NCBI GenBank assembly: GCA_963845535.1
Contig: CAWJSK010000012.1
Span: forward strand, 800,001 to 864,000
Reading direction: 5' to 3'
Length of the DNA stretch: 64,000 bases
Origin: an uncultured Spirochaetota bacterium
GTDB taxonomy: Bacteria; Spirochaetota; Spirochaetia; SZUA-6; Fen-1364
Shown: in pieces, positions 10,156 to 18,336 of the stretch
Position numbering within the stretch: position 1 is the stretch's first letter
Layout: each line of letters starts with the position of its first letter
Made by a program: the position numbers and the translations under genes
Notes under the pieces: generated by a model
What the model saw: only the letters and a program-made list of their open reading frames with translations
The model's database searches: none
What the model was told of the DNA's origin: nothing

Positions 10156-11096
10156 GAAGAACGGCTTGTGCCGTCGTGCTGTGCGCGCTCGTGGCCGCAG
10201 GGCTTTCAGCGCAGGGGACTCCGTCGTTCCGCGCGGGCACGCCGCAGCCGGCCGCCCCGACGCGCTCCGCCATGAGCATTCCCCAGGCGCTGATCCTCGG
10301 GATCGTGGAAGGGCTGACTGAATACCTTCCCGTCAGCTCCACTGGCCACCTCAACGTGGTGCAGAGCCTCCTCGGCCTGTGGGCCACGCCGGAGGAGAAA
10401 AGCGCCTCCGACGCCTACGCAATCTGCATCCAGGCGGGGGCCATCATCGCCGTGTTCCTGATCTTCTTCGGGAGGATCAAGGGCATGGTGCGGGGCATCG
10501 TGGGACGGGACCGGGAGGGACTGAGGCTGTTCGGCAACGTGGTCGTCGCGTTCATTCCAGCCGCGCTCATCGGGCTCGTCCTCGAGGACGCCATCAAGCA
10601 ATACCTGTACGGCATCTGGCCCGTTGTCGGCGCGTGGCTGGTCGGCGGAGTCTTCATCCTCGTGGTCATGACGCGCACAGCCGGCCAGAAGGGACTCGGC
10701 ATGGAAGCCTTGACGTGGAGGACCGCGGTGCTGATCGGGCTGGCCCAGGTGCTGTCCCTGTGGCCTGGCGTGAGCCGGAGCCTGGTCACGATTGCCGGAG
10801 GCTTGTTCGTGGGTCTCTCCGTGTCGGCTGCCGTCGAGTTCAGCTTTCTCCTGGGCCTGGTCACCCTGGGCGCCGCCACCATCTATGAAGGGTTGAAGCT
10901 CGGCCACCTCATCATCAACACGTTCGGGTGGGCCTCACCGATCATCGGCCTTCTGGCGGCAGCGGTGTCCGCGTTCGTAGCCGTGCGGTGGATGGTGGGC
11001 TACCTGCGGACGCGGAGCCTCGCGGTTTTCGGCTGGTACAGGATCGCAATCGGCATCCTGGTGGCCGCGCTGGCGTTCGTGGGCGTCGTGCAGTAA
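10152..11096 (+). CDS. uppP: Undecaprenyl-diphosphate phosphatase (BacA/UppP) with an N-terminal signal-like extension
   Basis: GIVEGLTEYLPVSSTGH, IQAGAI, PGVSRS, AAVEFSFLL, FGWYRI. Confidence 0.93.
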   Translation: MRRTACAVVLCALVAAGLSAQGTPSFRAGTPQPAAPTRSAMSIPQALILGIVEGLTEYLPVSSTGHLNVVQSLLGLWATPEEKSASDAYAICIQAGAIIAVFLIFFGRIKGMVRGIVGRDREGLRLFGNVVVAFIPAALIGLVLEDAIKQYLYGIWPVVGAWLVGGVFILVVMTRTAGQKGLGMEALTWRTAVLIGLAQVLSLWPGVSRSLVTIAGGLFVGLSVSAAVEFSFLLGLVTLGAATIYEGLKLGHLIINTFGWASPIIGLLAAAVSAFVAVRWMVGYLRTRSLAVFGWYRIAIGILVAALAFVGVVQ

Positions 11097-11121
11097 CGGT
11101 CCAACCAGCGCAGCGAGCCCG

Positions 11122-11859
11122 TTACATCGTCAGGTTCGTGTGAGCAATCGCCCGCCGCGTGCAGCGCATCAACTCCCGCAGAGCGCCGGGGCCCAACCGG
11201 TCGCATGCCCAATTCCAATGGATCGAAACCACGTCTCCCGGACGCAGGTCATCCAGGTAACCCCGGCTATCGATCTGTCGGAGCACCCGGGCTGGCCCGG
11301 CCGGACCAAACCTCAGAGCTCCGGCCTCGATGACAAGCGGTGAGCGGCGAACAATCACTTCGGCCCCCTCCACCGCTTCGACGCTGCCCCAACTGATCCT
11401 GCACTGGTCCATGCGCTCGAGGGCTATGTTTGCGCGCGCGTCACGGAGAAGCCCGGCCCGGCGGTATATCTCGAAGACATGGAAATTGTGGTGAGGCCGC
11501 GCGCCGTCCTCCAGACCCGCGGTCATCCATGAAAGCTCGTGGTCTCCCATGCGGGGCCGAAACCTCTCCTTGAGGGATTCGTAGAACGGGGAGGCCTCCA
11601 CTCGTTCCAGATGACGGTTGCCAATCCAGTATGCTTCCACGACGCGCGCGTCGAAGGGATCCGAAAGCCCGCTCGCCTCGGCAATGAGGCGAAGGTACGG
11701 AAAGGCGCCCTCGAACTTCTGCGCAAGCTCGCGCAGACCCGCGTCAGTCTTGTCCTCCGTGAGGTAGCCGAAAAGGGCGCCGTGGTCGCTCGGGCCGCAG
11801 TACCCGAGGCGGTTCGGCGCAAACGCATAGCGGGCGAAGAGGAGAAGGCCGTCGTTCAT
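11122..11859 (-). CDS. DUF6390-like protein
   Basis: FARYAFAPNRLGYCGP, FEGAFPYL, VVEAYWIGN, PHHNFHV, CRISWG, GDVVSIHW.WAC; family assignment from memory; ATG 11859 overlaps the upstream DMT stop. Confidence 0.75.
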   Translation of the reverse strand: MNDGLLLFARYAFAPNRLGYCGPSDHGALFGYLTEDKTDAGLRELAQKFEGAFPYLRLIAEASGLSDPFDARVVEAYWIGNRHLERVEASPFYESLKERFRPRMGDHELSWMTAGLEDGARPHHNFHVFEIYRRAGLLRDARANIALERMDQCRISWGSVEAVEGAEVIVRRSPLVIEAGALRFGPAGPARVLRQIDSRGYLDDLRPGDVVSIHWNWACDRLGPGALRELMRCTRRAIAHTNLTM

Positions 11860-12821
11860 GCGGCCGCCCCATTCGAAATCGCGCTGGCTTTCCTCATCTC
11901 CTGCCGGAACCCCAGGATGAAGATGGCAAGCACGGCAAGGAGCGCCAGGGAGAACCCGAGCCATCGGGCGGCGGGGATCCGGACGTTCCGCGACAAGGCG
12001 ACCAGAGCGGTTGTGATGATGGGGGAGCCGGCGGGTATGGCTGTGGTTGCCGTGGCCGAAGCCCACCGAAGGCCGAGCACCGAGGTGACGGTGAAGGCAA
12101 GAAGGATGAGGCCTGTGACGACAAGAAAGCTGATCTGCAGCAAGGAAAGCCGCGCAATCATCCCCGCGTGGCCGGACAGGCTGACAAGGAGGAAAAGCAG
12201 AAGGGACCCCGCGCCCATCTTGAACGTCATCACCGTGAGCGGCGCCACGGTGCGCAGAAGGATTTTCATTACGATGAAGTCCACGGCAAAGAGCAGCGTC
12301 GCGGCGGCAATGAACGGAACGCCGGCATCCAACCGCGCCGAGCTCGCGGCAACGCCGATGACCAGGCCCGCCAGCAGCACGACGAGCGCGGCCCAGATCG
12401 ATGCGCTCCAGCGCTCGCGGAGGAAGGCGGCGGCAAGCAAGGCGACAAAGAGAAACTGCGTGTGGTCGATCAGAGACGCTGTCACGGGGGTGGAGATCTC
12501 AAGGCCGCGGAAGTACAGAGCGTAGGAAACGCTCCCGCCAATAACGGCCACGACCCCCAGGAGAGCCCAGTCGCGGCCGCGCAACGCGCTGAAAACCCCG
12601 CGCCCGGAGGAAGCCATCGCAATCAGGAGCGCAACGCCCGTCACCAGATTCTTTCCCGCCGTGTAGAGGGTGGAGTCGCTGAACAGCTTGACTCCAATAC
12701 TGTTGACGTAGATGGCCACGCCGCTTATCACCATGTTCAGCGCGGCCAGGGAGTAGCCCAGGAGCGGTCCGCGTGAGCGCGCCACTGCAGTTCCTGGAGC
12801 GTGTTTGCCCGGATCACCCAC
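11856..12821 (-). CDS. DMT/EamA family transporter
   Basis: About 10 TM segments, two EamA repeats (ALYFRGL..S, LAAAFLRER); start uncertain. Confidence 0.85.
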   Translation of the reverse strand: MGDPGKHAPGTAVARSRGPLLGYSLAALNMVISGVAIYVNSIGVKLFSDSTLYTAGKNLVTGVALLIAMASSGRGVFSALRGRDWALLGVVAVIGGSVSYALYFRGLEISTPVTASLIDHTQFLFVALLAAAFLRERWSASIWAALVVLLAGLVIGVAASSARLDAGVPFIAAATLLFAVDFIVMKILLRTVAPLTVMTFKMGAGSLLLFLLVSLSGHAGMIARLSLLQISFLVVTGLILLAFTVTSVLGLRWASATATTAIPAGSPIITTALVALSRNVRIPAARWLGFSLALLAVLAIFILGFRQEMRKASAISNGAAA

Positions 12822-12869
12822 CGGAAGAAGATAACAAAATACGGGCGGGCGGAAGCTTCCTGACGGAGC

Positions 12870-13778
12870 TCAGCCGAACAGTCCCATGATCCTTTCTCGA
12901 AGCGCAACGTAGGCGCAGGGAGCCAGCACCAGGATTGCCCCGGCAATGGTCAGCGGCTGCATCGTTTCCCCAAAAACGAGGATGCCGAGGATGCCGTTGA
13001 CCACGGGGACCATGAAGGCGAGCAGGCTCCCTTCGGTGGCGGGGACGTCGCGATACGCCGTGGTCATCAGGAGCTGCGCCACCGTGGCCAGGATCCCGAT
13101 CCCCGCAAGCACGAGCCAGAGAGGGAGGGCAAAGGTAAATGAGCTGGTGGCGGTGGGATAGCCGATGATGATCACTCCGAACACGCACTGGGCAAGGTAG
13201 ATCATGTACGGGGAATCCGTTGTCTGGAGCTTGCGGATGGCAACCACGGCAACGGCCGAAAGCACGCCTCCCAGCAGCGCGAGAAGCTGGTAGAGGCCCA
13301 TGTGGCCGCCCGCTGCGCTGCCGGCCAGCGGGTTGACTACGAGCCAGATGCCGACGAACGACACGGCAACCGCCACGAAGACGTCGGGGTGCAGCTTTTC
13401 CCGGATGATGAGCGGGGCCAGCAGCGCGGCGAACACGGGATACGTGTAGCTGAGGATGGTGCCCATGCCGAGGCCGAGCTTCACCATCCCGAAGTACATG
13501 AGGTACACGGAGGCCGCGCCGAACACCCCCCTGCCAAGGAGCCAGAGCTTGTTCACCGGCTTCAGCTCTATTACCCTGAACAGCCCGAGCCCGCCAATGA
13601 CGAGGATCCCGGTGGTAAAGCGAACCGCCGTGACGATGGATGTATTGATGGAGCTGGTAAAGGGAACCAGGAGCGACATGGCGGAGAAAACGAGGCTGGA
13701 AGCCGCCATCACGACCATGCCGCGGGTATAGGAGCTTTTTGCGCCGGAAGCGCTTTTCAGAGCCTGCATGCTTTTCAT
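12870..13778 (-). CDS. DMT/EamA family transporter
   Basis: LSYTYPVFAALLAPLIIREK, AQLLMTTAY, GILVFGE; about 10 TM segments; start taken at MKSMQ (13778). Confidence 0.88.
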   Translation of the reverse strand: MKSMQALKSASGAKSSYTRGMVVMAASSLVFSAMSLLVPFTSSINTSIVTAVRFTTGILVIGGLGLFRVIELKPVNKLWLLGRGVFGAASVYLMYFGMVKLGLGMGTILSYTYPVFAALLAPLIIREKLHPDVFVAVAVSFVGIWLVVNPLAGSAAGGHMGLYQLLALLGGVLSAVAVVAIRKLQTTDSPYMIYLAQCVFGVIIIGYPTATSSFTFALPLWLVLAGIGILATVAQLLMTTAYRDVPATEGSLLAFMVPVVNGILGILVFGETMQPLTIAGAILVLAPCAYVALRERIMGLFG

Positions 13779-13791
13779 GGGACGGTGAACG

Positions 13792-15108
13792 CTACTTTCT
13801 CTGCTGCCGCTCGATGTAGTGGCGCTCTGTGCTGCCGACGTAGACCTGGCGTGGCCGCATGATGCGGAAATCCTGGCTGTGATACATCTCGCGCCAGTGG
13901 GCGAGCCACCCAGGCGTCCGCCCGATGGCGAACAGGACCGTGAACATGTCGTACGGTATGCCCGTGGCGCGCAGGATGAGGCCCGAGTAGAAGTCCACGT
14001 TGGGGTAGAGGTTGCGGGAAACAAAGTAGTCATCCTTCAGCGCAATCTCTTCCAGGCGAAGGGCTATATCGAAAAGAGGATCATCCATTCCTGGCTTTCT
14101 CAGGAGCCGATGGCATGCTTCCTTGAGGATCTTCGCGCGCGGGTCGAAGTTCTTGTACACCCGGTGGCCAAACCCCATGAGACGGTCCGGCGTGTTCCTG
14201 TCCTTGGCCCTGGCTACGAACTCCGTGCCGTCTCCGCCCTCGCTTCGGATTCTCTCCAGCATGCTGATGACCCCCTGGTTCGCGCCGCCATGGCGCGGCC
14301 CCCAGAGAGCGGAGATCCCCGCTGAAATGACGGCGTAGACGTTGGCGAGGCTGGAGCCGGTGAGGCGGACCGTCGATGTGCTGCAGTTCTGCTCATGGTC
14401 CGCGTGGAGGATGAGGAAAAGGTCGATGGCGCGCACCATGTCGTCATCCAGCCGTGAGTCTTTCACGGGAGACGAGAACATCATGTTCAGGAAGTTCGGG
14501 ACGTAGCGCAACCGGTAGGACGGATACACGATGGGCTCGCCGATGGATTTCTTATAGGAAATCGCGGCAATTGTCCGCACCTGTGAGATGAGGTTGGCAA
14601 GGATCTGGCGCTCCGACCGTTCGTCCAGAACCTCGGGGATGGGATAGAAGGTGGAAAGGGAGGCGACCGTGGTAGCAAGGATCCCCATGGGGTGTGAGCC
14701 GCGCGGGAACCCCACGAAGAAATGCAGCATGTCCTCATGGATCAGGGAGGATTCGTTGAGGAACGTGGAGAACTCCTCCAACTCCCTGATGGTGGGAAGC
14801 TCGCCGTAGAGAAGGAGGTAGGCAACCTCGGTGAACGTCGATTTCTCCGCGAGCTCTTCGATGGGATAGCCGCGGTAGCGAAGGATGCCCTTCTCACCGT
14901 CGATGAACGTTATGGCGCTCCGACAGGAGCCGGTGTTCTCGTACCCTGTGTCGAGTGTGATGTAACCGGTGGTCTTGCGAAGGCCCGAGACGTCGATGGC
15001 CCTCTCCCCTTCGGTGCCGCGCACAATGGGCAGCTCGTACTGCCTCCCCTCCAACGTCAGGAGGGCGGTTTCCGGCTTCCTCGTCGGCTCTTTGCGTGCT
15101 TCGGCCAT
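13792..15108 (-). CDS. gltA: Citrate synthase
   Basis: ITFIDGEKGILRYRGYPI, HADHEQNCST, LWGPRHGGAN, GFGHRVYK, YPNVDFYSG. Confidence 0.97.
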   Translation of the reverse strand: MAEARKEPTRKPETALLTLEGRQYELPIVRGTEGERAIDVSGLRKTTGYITLDTGYENTGSCRSAITFIDGEKGILRYRGYPIEELAEKSTFTEVAYLLLYGELPTIRELEEFSTFLNESSLIHEDMLHFFVGFPRGSHPMGILATTVASLSTFYPIPEVLDERSERQILANLISQVRTIAAISYKKSIGEPIVYPSYRLRYVPNFLNMMFSSPVKDSRLDDDMVRAIDLFLILHADHEQNCSTSTVRLTGSSLANVYAVISAGISALWGPRHGGANQGVISMLERIRSEGGDGTEFVARAKDRNTPDRLMGFGHRVYKNFDPRAKILKEACHRLLRKPGMDDPLFDIALRLEEIALKDDYFVSRNLYPNVDFYSGLILRATGIPYDMFTVLFAIGRTPGWLAHWREMYHSQDFRIMRPRQVYVGSTERHYIERQQRK

Positions 15109-15151
15109 CTTTCACCTCGTAGGGGTATGGAGATGGAAAGGGCCGAAAAAG

Positions 15152-16456
15152 TCAACGGCGCGCGGCTTGCGCGGGCAGGGTTTGAGCGCCGCGAGCGGTT
15201 GCTCGCGGGATGCCCGTGTCCCGGGCGCCTGCAAGCAGCTCGAGGGCTTTCTTCAGTTGCGCGTCAGCGCTTGCATCCAAGGACTTACGCGTCATCCCCT
15301 CCAGGTCAGCCGGAGAAAGGAGCGCGCCATTCGGCGGCAGATCGACGCGCACGTCGGGGACAATGCCTTTGTGCCAGATGGTGCGGCCTTTTGGCGTCAA
15401 CCATTCCCGCACGGCAAGGAGGAGAGATGAACCGTCGGAAAGAGGAAAACCCTCGAGCACCGTGCCGGTTCCGAAAGTGGTCTCTCCGACGAGCTTTGCG
15501 CGGCGCGCATCCTGGAGGGCGCCGGCCACGATCTCAGCTCCGCTGGCCGTTCCCTCGTCGATCAGGACGATCAAGGGGAGGGTCGGCGCCACGCCGCCGC
15601 GCTGGACCCGATCCGCTTCGATCCTTCCTTTTGCGTCCTTTTCCAGCACCACGTCGCCGCCGGCCAGGAACTGGCTTGCGACTCCAATGGCTTCTTGAAG
15701 CTCGCCACCGGGATCGTTTCGCAGGTCAAGAATGACGCCGTGGAGCTTCATCCTTTCCACCTGCTGGAGCGCGTCCCTGAGCTGGCCCGTGACGCCTCTG
15801 CTGAAAGCGGAGACCCGTATGTCAGCAAACGGGGAGCCCGGCAGGGGTTTCCATGACACGTTGTCCACGCGTATTCGCTCACGCCGCAGGGGGACCTCCG
15901 ACGTCGCGCCGGAGGCCGGATCGAAGATGCTCAGCACCACGGTGGTCTGCGCCGGACCCACAATAAGGCTGACGACCTCATTGAGGCCGAGGCCCTCGAC
16001 GGACCTGCCGTTCACCTTGAGGATCTGCTCTCCGGCGCGCAGGCCGGCGCGCAAGGCAGGAGACCCGTCCAGAGGCGCAACCACCACCACGTTGTCGTTT
16101 TTCTGCGTGATCTCCAGTCCCACGCCCACGTATTCCCCCTGCATCAGGGAGCGTTCCTCGTCCACCATTTTCGGCGTGAGATACGTGCTGTGGCCCGTGT
16201 CTCCGAGTGAGTCCACCATGCCGGTGATGGCTCCCGCGGTGAGCGGCCCGCTGGCAAGAGCGGAGCGGTCCACGTACTCATGGTTGATGAGGTCCCATGC
16301 CTGGCGGATGAGCGGGAAGTCGGGTCCCGAATGCTGGAGGACCGGGTCGGCAGGCCGTCGGGAAACGCGCAGGGCGCGGTCAGCGGCAAACCCCGCCAGA
16401 AAGGAAATTGCCGCCGCCCCCGCAAGGATTGCGGCAGGAAACCTTCCCTTCCACAT
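15152..16456 (-). CDS. S41 family carboxyl-terminal protease (CtpA/Prc-like) with PDZ domain
   Basis: N-terminal anchor; YVGVG PDZ; LDLRNDPGG, TASGAEIVAGALQD, TFGTG, GIVPDV. Confidence 0.92.
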   Translation of the reverse strand: MWKGRFPAAILAGAAAISFLAGFAADRALRVSRRPADPVLQHSGPDFPLIRQAWDLINHEYVDRSALASGPLTAGAITGMVDSLGDTGHSTYLTPKMVDEERSLMQGEYVGVGLEITQKNDNVVVVAPLDGSPALRAGLRAGEQILKVNGRSVEGLGLNEVVSLIVGPAQTTVVLSIFDPASGATSEVPLRRERIRVDNVSWKPLPGSPFADIRVSAFSRGVTGQLRDALQQVERMKLHGVILDLRNDPGGELQEAIGVASQFLAGGDVVLEKDAKGRIEADRVQRGGVAPTLPLIVLIDEGTASGAEIVAGALQDARRAKLVGETTFGTGTVLEGFPLSDGSSLLLAVREWLTPKGRTIWHKGIVPDVRVDLPPNGALLSPADLEGMTRKSLDASADAQLKKALELLAGARDTGIPRATARGAQTLPAQAARR

Positions 16457-18228
16457 CAGACCAGTCCTCCCACCGCGGCGGCGCTCCTGGCAGCGTCGTC
16501 CCGGGATGCGATCTCCTCGATCTGCCAGCGCCCGCCCCCCGCGAGAACGAGCCTGACGTTGTGGAAAGCGAGCAGGCTCGAGCGATGGCCCACACTTACG
16601 ATGGCCGTTTGCGGGAGGTTTTCGATGAGGGCCCGATACAGCGCGCCTTCAGCAGGCTCGTCGATGGCGGAGGTGGCCTCGTCCATGAACACCCACGCGG
16701 GGCGTTGAAGAAAGATGCGGCCGAACGCCAGCCGCTGCTGCTCTCCCAGGGAAAGCACCTGCGCCCACATGCGGCTTTCGTTTCGAAGGGGAAAGATTTC
16801 CGGCAACCCGGCCCGCTCGAGCGCGGCAGCCAGCTCGGCGTCGGTGGTGGCCGGGCTGCCGAAGGGATACAGCAGAGCGTCGCGCAGCGTTCCCAGGGGC
16901 AGGTACGGTTTCTGCGGCATGAAGAGCACGCTTTGGCGGTCGGGAAGCTCGATAGTCCCTTTGCCAAATGGCCAGATCCCAGCCAGCGTGCGCATGAGCG
17001 TGCTCTTTCCGCTTCCGGAGGGCCCCATGACAAGAAGCCGCCCACCAGAAGAGAGCTCGAGGTCCAAGCCGCGGACAAGCTCACGGCCGTCCGGGAGACG
17101 GACATCCAGCCCGCGAAGCCTCACGCCGTCGCCCTGCTGGCGGAGGATGTTCGCATGGGTCTCCCGTATCGAGCTGATCTTGTCCATGGCCTGCTGGAAG
17201 AAGCGCAACCTGTCGACCACCGCGTGCCAGCTTGCGAGGTCGGTGTAGCTGTTCACAATGAAGGAGAGCGCGCCTTGCACCTGGCCGAACGCGCTGGAGA
17301 TCTGCATGATGGTGCCGATCTGGATCACTTTGGCGAAATACGCTGGCATGCTGACCAGGACAGGGAAGATCACCGCGGCCTGGCCGTAGCCGGAGACCCA
17401 CCAGTTCAGCCTTTTGGTCCTGCGCATGATCTGCCAGAAGTTTCGAAAAACGTTGGCAAATCTGGCCAGGAGGTGCTCGCGCTCCTGCGATTCGCCCCGG
17501 TACATGGCAATGGATTCGCTGTTTTCCCTGAGGCGCACAAGGCTGAAACGGAAATCCGCATTGAAACGCTCCTGGTTGAAGTTCAGGTGGATGAGGCGGC
17601 GTCCGACAACGGCTGTGAGGACTGTTCCGCAAACGGAATACAGGACGGCCGCCCACACGAGGTAGCCGGGAATTACGACCTTTGCGCCGTGCCAGGGGAT
17701 TGCCACCTGGGCGGAAAGCGTCCAGAGCATTGCCATGAACGCCACGATCGTCGTCACCGAGCTGATCAGCCCGATCACGAAGTTGAGGGTCTGGGAGGAG
17801 AAGGTGGCGAGGTCCTGGCTGATACGCTGGTCAGGGTTGTCCGTCCCGTCTCCGAGCACCTGCATCTGGTAGTACGTGCCGCGCGACAGCCATGCATCCA
17901 GATATCGTTTTGTCAGCCACTGCCGCCATCGGATCTGGAGCATCTGCATGAGGTAGGTCTGGTAGACCGCGGCTACGATGTACGGGACAACAAGAATGAA
18001 GAAGACCAGGAGCTGGTGCCACGCGTTGGGAGCGTCGTACTTCTGCAGCGCATTCCAGAATGTGTTGTACCATTCCGTGATCTTGTAGGAGATGAACACC
18101 ATGAGCAGGTTGAGGAGCACGATGGCCGCAAGGAGGACGCGCGCAAGCCAGCGCTCCTCTCCGCTCCACCAGTAGGGTTTGACGATTCCCCAGAGATCGC
18201 GGAAAAACGCCCCGTTGAACTGCTTCAT
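16456..18228 (-). CDS. Fused ABC transporter permease/ATPase, YddA / SbmA-BacA-like
   Basis: DNPDQRISQD, ADFRFSLVRLRENSESIA, GPSGSGKST, LSLGEQQRLAF, MDEATSA, VSVGHR. Confidence 0.93.
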   Translation of the reverse strand: MKQFNGAFFRDLWGIVKPYWWSGEERWLARVLLAAIVLLNLLMVFISYKITEWYNTFWNALQKYDAPNAWHQLLVFFILVVPYIVAAVYQTYLMQMLQIRWRQWLTKRYLDAWLSRGTYYQMQVLGDGTDNPDQRISQDLATFSSQTLNFVIGLISSVTTIVAFMAMLWTLSAQVAIPWHGAKVVIPGYLVWAAVLYSVCGTVLTAVVGRRLIHLNFNQERFNADFRFSLVRLRENSESIAMYRGESQEREHLLARFANVFRNFWQIMRRTKRLNWWVSGYGQAAVIFPVLVSMPAYFAKVIQIGTIMQISSAFGQVQGALSFIVNSYTDLASWHAVVDRLRFFQQAMDKISSIRETHANILRQQGDGVRLRGLDVRLPDGRELVRGLDLELSSGGRLLVMGPSGSGKSTLMRTLAGIWPFGKGTIELPDRQSVLFMPQKPYLPLGTLRDALLYPFGSPATTDAELAAALERAGLPEIFPLRNESRMWAQVLSLGEQQRLAFGRIFLQRPAWVFMDEATSAIDEPAEGALYRALIENLPQTAIVSVGHRSSLLAFHNVRLVLAGGGRWQIEEIASRDDAARSAAAVGGLV

Positions 18229-18336
18229 GACATGTCAAATATCGAAAGGAGCGGGCAGGGAAAGCAAATGACCCACGGGCGCTTGACTGTACGCGCGTTT
18301 CGTCCCGATCCTCTTGCGAGAATGTCGCGATATCCA

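Noticed and set aside
16408..18336. 1617-aa giant ORF in the track
   Set aside because: The first 643 or so codons are the antisense shadow of the ABC transporter; the real protein starts near 18337 with a signal peptide.
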